Below, in pieces: positions 58,401 to 64,000 of a stretch of 64,000 nucleotides of DNA. The notes under the pieces are model-generated. The model searched no databases. It was given only the letters and a program-made list of their open reading frames with translations, and was not told the DNA's origin. The translations under genes were made by a program, and so were the position numbers. Source of the DNA: Candidatus Obscuribacteraceae bacterium. GTDB taxonomy: Bacteria > Cyanobacteriota > Vampirovibrionia > Obscuribacterales > Obscuribacteraceae. Position 1 is the stretch's first letter. The number at the start of each line of letters is the position of its first letter. The stretch covers positions 1-64,000 of the forward strand of contig JBGASG010000014.1 of assembly GCA_044229845.1 (NCBI GenBank), given 5' to 3'.

Positions 58401-59324
58401 TACTCAGTCCTATTATAATGGCAACTTTACTCTTTAGCAGCAGAACTTAGTCTGCACGGAGGGTGAGCTACAGTCCCAGTTTTTTAGCACACTCAGCGCA
58501 ACCGCCTTTGTAAGTGTTGACAGCGATCAAAGAGCGCGGAATGCCGGCGATCAGTGCGCACTGGGGAATCACACTGCCTATCGCTCATTCGCGACTCCGG
58601 TATCAAATATGGTGCAATCCGATGACTCGCTCATTGAGTAATCAATCCAACCGGACAGATGTAACTGAATATTGGCTGCGCCCCATAGTTCCGCACTTTT
58701 TGGTCGCCGTCGACAATAAGCTCAATTATCGAACAGAATCGACTTTCTATCCAGTTCTACGAGTTCATTTAATCTATGGACACTCACAATTCCGTTCTGG
58801 ATAAGCGTCACAGTAGAGGCGAGTAAGACTCGTTCAGACTCTCGCACATCTGTGACAACGTCGAGCAGACGCGGAAATGCGGCGCGCGCGACAAAGCTCC
58901 AATCCTGGTTTTGCACCGCGCATCACGGAAGCTACGGTACGCGGTTTTTGGCAGTTGCAAAGACCTGCGGGGGCTTTCCCAAAACCCCATGCTCACCGTC
59001 TCCGACGGCGATTTCAGGAGCGGCTTTCAACAGGGGCGGAGCTGCATCTTATCCCGCAGCATCGCGGCTCGTTACCGTGGATGGGCGAACAATCACGACG
59101 AACATGCGTCTTAGCCCCACGTAGATCGGCAATTGCCGACCCCATATTACCAAGATCTTGTAAAGGTCTTCATAAACGGGGTTTCAGGACAGGGCACGGG
59201 CTTACTTCGCACAGCGCGAGAAAAACGAAGAATGCTATCGTCTAAGTAGCAAGGGGCACGATGGGTGGAAGAACATCAGGACCTCAGACTAAGTGGTCGG
59301 ACCTCTGACGTAGGAAAACCAAGT

Positions 59325-59972
59325 ATGTTTAGCAAATTAATCGCTCTGACGATCGCGGTCTGGATGTTGCTCTCCGGGTATTCAGAACGCGCCGACGCAA
59401 AAAGTAACAATGCTCGCAAGGTCCGAACCCAGGGCGAATCTGCGGTACCCGTCCAACCAGCGGGTACCGTACCGTCGGCCGGAGTATCGCCGACCGATTT
59501 GCAGCTGTCGCCTACCGAAGCTTACAGTCAAGGCGATGGTTATCTGCGCAGTAATGTGATTTTCAATGATCAAGGTTCTAATTATCGACTTTCTCGGCAG
59601 GGGGCGCCGAAACAGACAGGCGGAAGTGGTCTGCCGCCAGCAACCGGAGCACCACCGGCGGTGCCACCATCGTCAAAGCTTCAAAGCCAGACACCCATAA
59701 GCGACATGAGCGCCGCCCAGCAACTCCTCCAGCAGTCATTGGATGCGACTTTTTATGCTTGCGATTATCTAATCCTCACCGGTGTCAATTCACGGCAGTT
59801 AAGTGCTCAGGAAGAACTTGAGTTGCGAACAGAAATGGACGGAATTGCTGCACTCAACAAATCCTACGTGGTCAAAGGTTATACGAAAGATACCTTCAAT
59901 GAAATACAGCGCAAGTTAGTCATTCTCCAGCTGCACATTTATACCTACGGACAAAACGCAATCACAAGGTGA
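59325..59972 (+). CDS. Hypothetical secreted protein
   Basis: Signal-peptide-like MFSKLIALTIAVWMLLSGYSERADA; Pro-rich linker; helical C-terminus. Confidence 0.65.
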   Translation: MFSKLIALTIAVWMLLSGYSERADAKSNNARKVRTQGESAVPVQPAGTVPSAGVSPTDLQLSPTEAYSQGDGYLRSNVIFNDQGSNYRLSRQGAPKQTGGSGLPPATGAPPAVPPSSKLQSQTPISDMSAAQQLLQQSLDATFYACDYLILTGVNSRQLSAQEELELRTEMDGIAALNKSYVVKGYTKDTFNEIQRKLVILQLHIYTYGQNAITR

Positions 59973-60267
59973 AGATCAAGTTTTGCAGCCGACTGCCTAT
60001 CACTACCGATGTTAGAGCGAAACACGATGGCAACGCTCCTGGATGCACAAGACCGGCAGGTGTTTGACCATTGAAAATTATGTGGAAAAACCACTTTCGT
60101 TCATCTAAAGCGGATCTTATTTGACCGACCACCGCTCCTCCTTCTTGAGTCACATGAAAGAAAAAGCTAACCCTGGGTAATGTCTCCTAATGACACCCTT
60201 GGTATCATGCTTCCTTCTGAAGCTCTCAGGCTTCTTCAAGCTTTCGAACCGATGCGGAGCAAACGAC

Positions 60268-62610
60268 ATGCGAAGCACCAGACGTCCGTATGACCAGTCG
60301 AACGGGTCGAAGAACACTCGTTTGCAAGCGCAGGCGCCTGATTTTACTAGACCCAGTGTTTTACACCTGATTGTAATTGCCACTCTGATCATTTCTCTCG
60401 TGAGCTGGTGTTATGCACCCGCAGTCGTGAACGGCTTTCACGGCGACGATTTTCTGCACGTTCATTGGCTCACCCTGGCTGCCAATCATCCGTCGATGCT
60501 CTGGGACAACTTCACCGGACCCTGGCTGGGCTCAACCGACGTCAAGTTCTATCGCCCGCTAATTTCCGTGATCTTCTGGATTGAACATCAGCTCTGGGGA
60601 TTCAATGCGGTCGGTTATCACCTGACCAACGTCGGCTTTCACTTGAGCGGCGTGCTCTGCTTGCTATTCATCGGGAAGCGCCTGGCACTGTTGGCTGGAT
60701 TTGATGAAAAGGCATCGCGAACCGTCGGGATACTCGCCGCTACCCTATGGGGAATTCATCCCCTGAACGCTGAAGTTGTAGCCTGGGTCACCGGGCGGGT
60801 CGATGCAACAGTCACGGCATTTTCTCTCGGCTGTCTTCTCGCGTATCTAAAATGGCGCGAGTCCAAGAAACCAGCCACACTCGCAATCGGCCTGACACTC
60901 TTCATTTTGGCGTTGCTCTGCAAAGAAATGGCGGTCATTCTTCCACCATTATTTGTTTGCCTCGACCTGATGTTCCACGATGGCAGCAAATTCGGCAGAC
61001 TGCGAAGCCTACCCTTTTGGCTTGTCCTTAGCGGCTATTTTATGGTTCGTCAACTTACGATGGGCACCATGATCGGTGCTTATGACAATACATTGGATAC
61101 TGACTGGAGATTGCTCTGGAAGAGGTTCAAAGGCGGACTGCCATTTTTGTTTTCACCTTTCAATCTGAACATATTTCAGCGGACCGATGTCGTGGTCAGA
61201 GTTTGGAACTGCGTGTTCGCCACGATATTGGGATTAGGGTTAGTGCAACTAGTAGCTACCCGAGCCAGACACTGGCGCTTGCATGCATTTTGCATACTCT
61301 GGTTCGGACTAGCACTTCTACCCGTCTACAAAGTATTTGCAGTCGCTCAGAACCTCGAGAGTTCGCGATACGCATATTCAGCGGTTTTACCTCTTTGCCT
61401 GTTGCTGTCCGTCCTTGCAACGCCGACGTTGAAACTGCGCTGGCTAGCAGGACTGCAAGGGGCGTTGGTTATTACGCTAGGCGGCATTGCGGCATTTGCG
61501 CTGCACACCCACGCGACAGTCTGGGGCGATGCAGGGAAGATAAGCACCCGAATCGCTAACCAAATTTATCAACTGGTCAAGGATCGTTCAGTCCGTCCCA
61601 CAGTGCTTATGATGGGACTTCCCGATAACATAAACGGGGCGTATGTAATGCGGAATGCCCTCCCGGGAATGGTGACGCCACCGTACTTCCCTAAAGAACT
61701 CGCGATGGCCCGGAACCTAGATCGATTTTGCGCCCTCTATCCTTTTGCTCTTTTCAGGGACAGCTGGGCGGAAGGCACGGACGCCACCGTCGTATGTTGG
61801 AACGACGAAAAGAAGCAGTTAGAACAGGCAAAGATTACTGCGTCATCGTGGGCAGAAAAAAAGTCCGTCCTGCCGCTCCAAAATGTGAAGGTGGGAGGGG
61901 GCACAGGCCGCCTAACCGATCGGGGACTCGACATCAATGCGCTGCAGAAATATACGATTCTCGATTTGCGAGATTTAAACGCGGAATGCTCTGCGATAGA
62001 TTTCGTCCAAGTGACTCTGAAGAATTGCCACGAGAATCTCGAGCCTTCAACCATGACGTACGTGAATCACCTTCATCCGAACGCCTATCCTACCTGGTCT
62101 TCCACCGTGCGACCAACGGTTGTTTCTGTGGCACCGAATGTGGTGCGGATGATGTTTCCCTTAAGGCAGCATCCCGAGTGGGTACTGGGGGAAAAGTGCA
62201 CAGAGCTGGTATTCGGCATTCCTGCGTCCGATTACTCCGTCATGTCAATTGAGGCTACCACTGCTGCAAATGTGATACCGAGAGTTTCTTTGCCGACAAC
62301 AGCGGTGGAGAGTTCCTCGCTGTCCCTTGGCGCTCAACCGGCGGAAGTGTCCGTCGCAGACAGAGGCGCCCGCAGTCTCGTTCTTGAGGTGTCTCCGCGC
62401 GGACAATACTTCGAAAAACAATATGCCTCGACGCCGAGAGCGCAGAGCGTCCTCAAACACTTCAAGCCGAACCAAAAGATGCTGTTGGACCAAACGATGT
62501 TTGACGCCGGAATGTATCAAGCACGTGTCTGGTGGGCGGGCACCAACGGACAGCCCGAGGGGTTATCGTCTGATCACTTCAATATTGTTGTACCGTCCGG
62601 GACGCGGTAA
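60268..62610 (+). CDS. GT-C-fold (TMTC/PMT-like) membrane glycosyltransferase with large C-terminal extracytoplasmic domain
   Basis: FHGDDF, FYRPL, YHLTNVGFH, HPLNAEVVAWVTGR, LCKE and SRYAY. Start placed at the ATG at 60268 behind GGAG. Confidence 0.8.
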   Translation: MRSTRRPYDQSNGSKNTRLQAQAPDFTRPSVLHLIVIATLIISLVSWCYAPAVVNGFHGDDFLHVHWLTLAANHPSMLWDNFTGPWLGSTDVKFYRPLISVIFWIEHQLWGFNAVGYHLTNVGFHLSGVLCLLFIGKRLALLAGFDEKASRTVGILAATLWGIHPLNAEVVAWVTGRVDATVTAFSLGCLLAYLKWRESKKPATLAIGLTLFILALLCKEMAVILPPLFVCLDLMFHDGSKFGRLRSLPFWLVLSGYFMVRQLTMGTMIGAYDNTLDTDWRLLWKRFKGGLPFLFSPFNLNIFQRTDVVVRVWNCVFATILGLGLVQLVATRARHWRLHAFCILWFGLALLPVYKVFAVAQNLESSRYAYSAVLPLCLLLSVLATPTLKLRWLAGLQGALVITLGGIAAFALHTHATVWGDAGKISTRIANQIYQLVKDRSVRPTVLMMGLPDNINGAYVMRNALPGMVTPPYFPKELAMARNLDRFCALYPFALFRDSWAEGTDATVVCWNDEKKQLEQAKITASSWAEKKSVLPLQNVKVGGGTGRLTDRGLDINALQKYTILDLRDLNAECSAIDFVQVTLKNCHENLEPSTMTYVNHLHPNAYPTWSSTVRPTVVSVAPNVVRMMFPLRQHPEWVLGEKCTELVFGIPASDYSVMSIEATTAANVIPRVSLPTTAVESSSLSLGAQPAEVSVADRGARSLVLEVSPRGQYFEKQYASTPRAQSVLKHFKPNQKMLLDQTMFDAGMYQARVWWAGTNGQPEGLSSDHFNIVVPSGTR

Positions 62611-64000
62611 ATGCTTTTCACCAGCTGCATTTTTCTCTTCCTTTTCTTGCCAGTCGTTATTGGTTCTTACTACTTGCTGCGATCAAACTTAGCGCGCAAT
62701 TTTCTTTTGACAGTGGCCAGCCTGTTTTTCTATTCATGGGGCGAGCCTAGCTATTTCTGGGTGATGCTGTGCATGGTGGCACTGAATTATTCTGCGGCCA
62801 TCGCCATCGAACGGCTTAAGAAGCCCAGGCGAACCTGGCTAATGACGCTAACGGTGATAGCGAATATCTCTACTCTGGCGTGGTTTAAGTACAGCGGCTT
62901 TTTAGTGGATAACTTGAACGCGGGGCTTTTGGGGCTGCGCATGCCTCAGATCGATTTTGCTGGAGTGCACCTGCCGCTAGGGATTTCCTTTTTCATCTTT
63001 CACTCATTGTCCTACGTCATAGATGTTTTTAGAGGAGTCGCCCCGGCGCAGCGCAATCCTCTAAACATGGCTTTGTACATTTCACTGTTTCCCCAGCTTA
63101 TAGCTGGGCCAATAGTACGCTATCACGAGATTAACGAGCAACTTCTAAACAGAACCGAATCGCTTGAGAAATTCGCGGAAGGGATCCGTCGCTTCACGGT
63201 CGGGCTGTCCAAGAAATTACTGATTGCCAATGCTATTGCGGTCCCAGCCGATGCAATTTTTGGTGTGCCGGCGAATCAACTCGGAATTGGAACAGCCTGG
63301 CTGGGCGCAATCTGTTATATGTTGCAGATTTATTTTGACTTCTCAGCCTATTCTGACATGGCAGTCGGACTGGGTTTGATGTTCGGATTTAGGCTACCCG
63401 AGAATTTCAACTATCCATATGCTGCAACATCAATCCGAGACTTCTGGCAACGCTGGCACATGTCTTTGTCTAATTGGTTTCGCGATTATCTATACATTCC
63501 CTTGGGTGGCAATCGCGTTTCTGCATCACGTGTATGTTTGAACTTGATGCTGGTGTTTTTGCTCTGCGGTCTGTGGCACGGAGCCAGTTGGCAATTCATA
63601 GCATGGGGTGCGTATCATGGCACTTTTCTTGGAGCCGAGCGCGCATTCCTGGGTAGAACATTAGAGCATCTGGGCGCACCGCTCAGGCATGCTTACGCGC
63701 TGCTTGTTGTGCTTTTCGGATGGGTGCTGTTTAGAGCCGATAATATCACTCATGCAGCGTCCTACTACTCGGCAATGCTTGGTGCGAATAACCATTCCTC
63801 AGACATACCCTTGCTTGACCCGCGATATTTGTCGAACGAGTTCTTTGTCGTATCAACGGCAGGGGTGCTGCTCTCTTTCGCCGCATATCCGAAAACCCGC
63901 AGTCTGCTAGCTCTGCATCCACGAATTGGCAGATTCCACTTATCAGTGCGCACCGCGGTCTATCTAGCGCTGATGGGGGTTTGCGTCTTGGAGTCCGTCG
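62611..64000 (+). CDS. algI: AlgI/DltB-like MBOAT O-acyltransferase (truncated by window end; absent from ORF track)
   Basis: ATG right after the upstream TAA: MLFTSCIFLFLFLP...FKY...LPLGISFFIF...FPQLIAGPIVRY...YFDFSAYSDMA...ENFNYPY...FWQRWHMSLS.WFRDYLYIPLGG...GLWHGA; open to the window end. Confidence 0.92.
   Translation, partial: MLFTSCIFLFLFLPVVIGSYYLLRSNLARNFLLTVASLFFYSWGEPSYFWVMLCMVALNYSAAIAIERLKKPRRTWLMTLTVIANISTLAWFKYSGFLVDNLNAGLLGLRMPQIDFAGVHLPLGISFFIFHSLSYVIDVFRGVAPAQRNPLNMALYISLFPQLIAGPIVRYHEINEQLLNRTESLEKFAEGIRRFTVGLSKKLLIANAIAVPADAIFGVPANQLGIGTAWLGAICYMLQIYFDFSAYSDMAVGLGLMFGFRLPENFNYPYAATSIRDFWQRWHMSLSNWFRDYLYIPLGGNRVSASRVCLNLMLVFLLCGLWHGASWQFIAWGAYHGTFLGAERAFLGRTLEHLGAPLRHAYALLVVLFGWVLFRADNITHAASYYSAMLGANNHSSDIPLLDPRYLSNEFFVVSTAGVLLSFAAYPKTRSLLALHPRIGRFHLSVRTAVYLALMGVCVLESV

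Noticed and set aside
1..64000. rRNA, tRNA, prophage or integrase genes; a host taxonomic call
   Set aside because: None recognised by eye, and no marker gene allows a reliable host assignment.

Overview
Bacterial window. About 4.7-58 kb is one very large cell-surface glycan locus. It encodes GDP-sugar enzymes (phosphomannomutase, a Gmd/Rmd-like SDR, Fcl), a GDP-linked legionaminic-acid-type pathway with a WbuX/HisH/HisF amidino-modification trio, and a dTDP-Fuc4NAc module (WecE/WecD-like) with an ArnC-like transferase. It also carries GT2/GT4 enzymes, several methyl- and acyltransferases, Wzm/Wzt and a complete IS1182-family element with a CTAG target duplication. The left end holds a deletion-frameshifted SNF2 helicase and a SWIM-HTH gene behind a perfect 24-bp palindrome. 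The right end holds a TMTC-like GT-C gene and a truncated AlgI-like MBOAT gene that is missing from the ORF track. The most unusual signals are: (i) a DltX-like single-TM microprotein ending in the acyl-shuttle hexapeptide FIYAAF, translationally coupled to a DltD-like SGNH protein; (ii) five paralogous ~570-aa multipass proteins with GT-C-like hallmarks; (iii) a promoter-like motif shared by two of these paralogues and the AT3 acyltransferase; (iv) an apparently domesticated IS3 OrfA HTH domain between two duplicated GT2 genes. Together they suggest an extracytoplasmic glycan-decoration system. No rRNA, tRNA or CRISPR array was recognised. All calls come from reading motifs by eye; no database searches were run.
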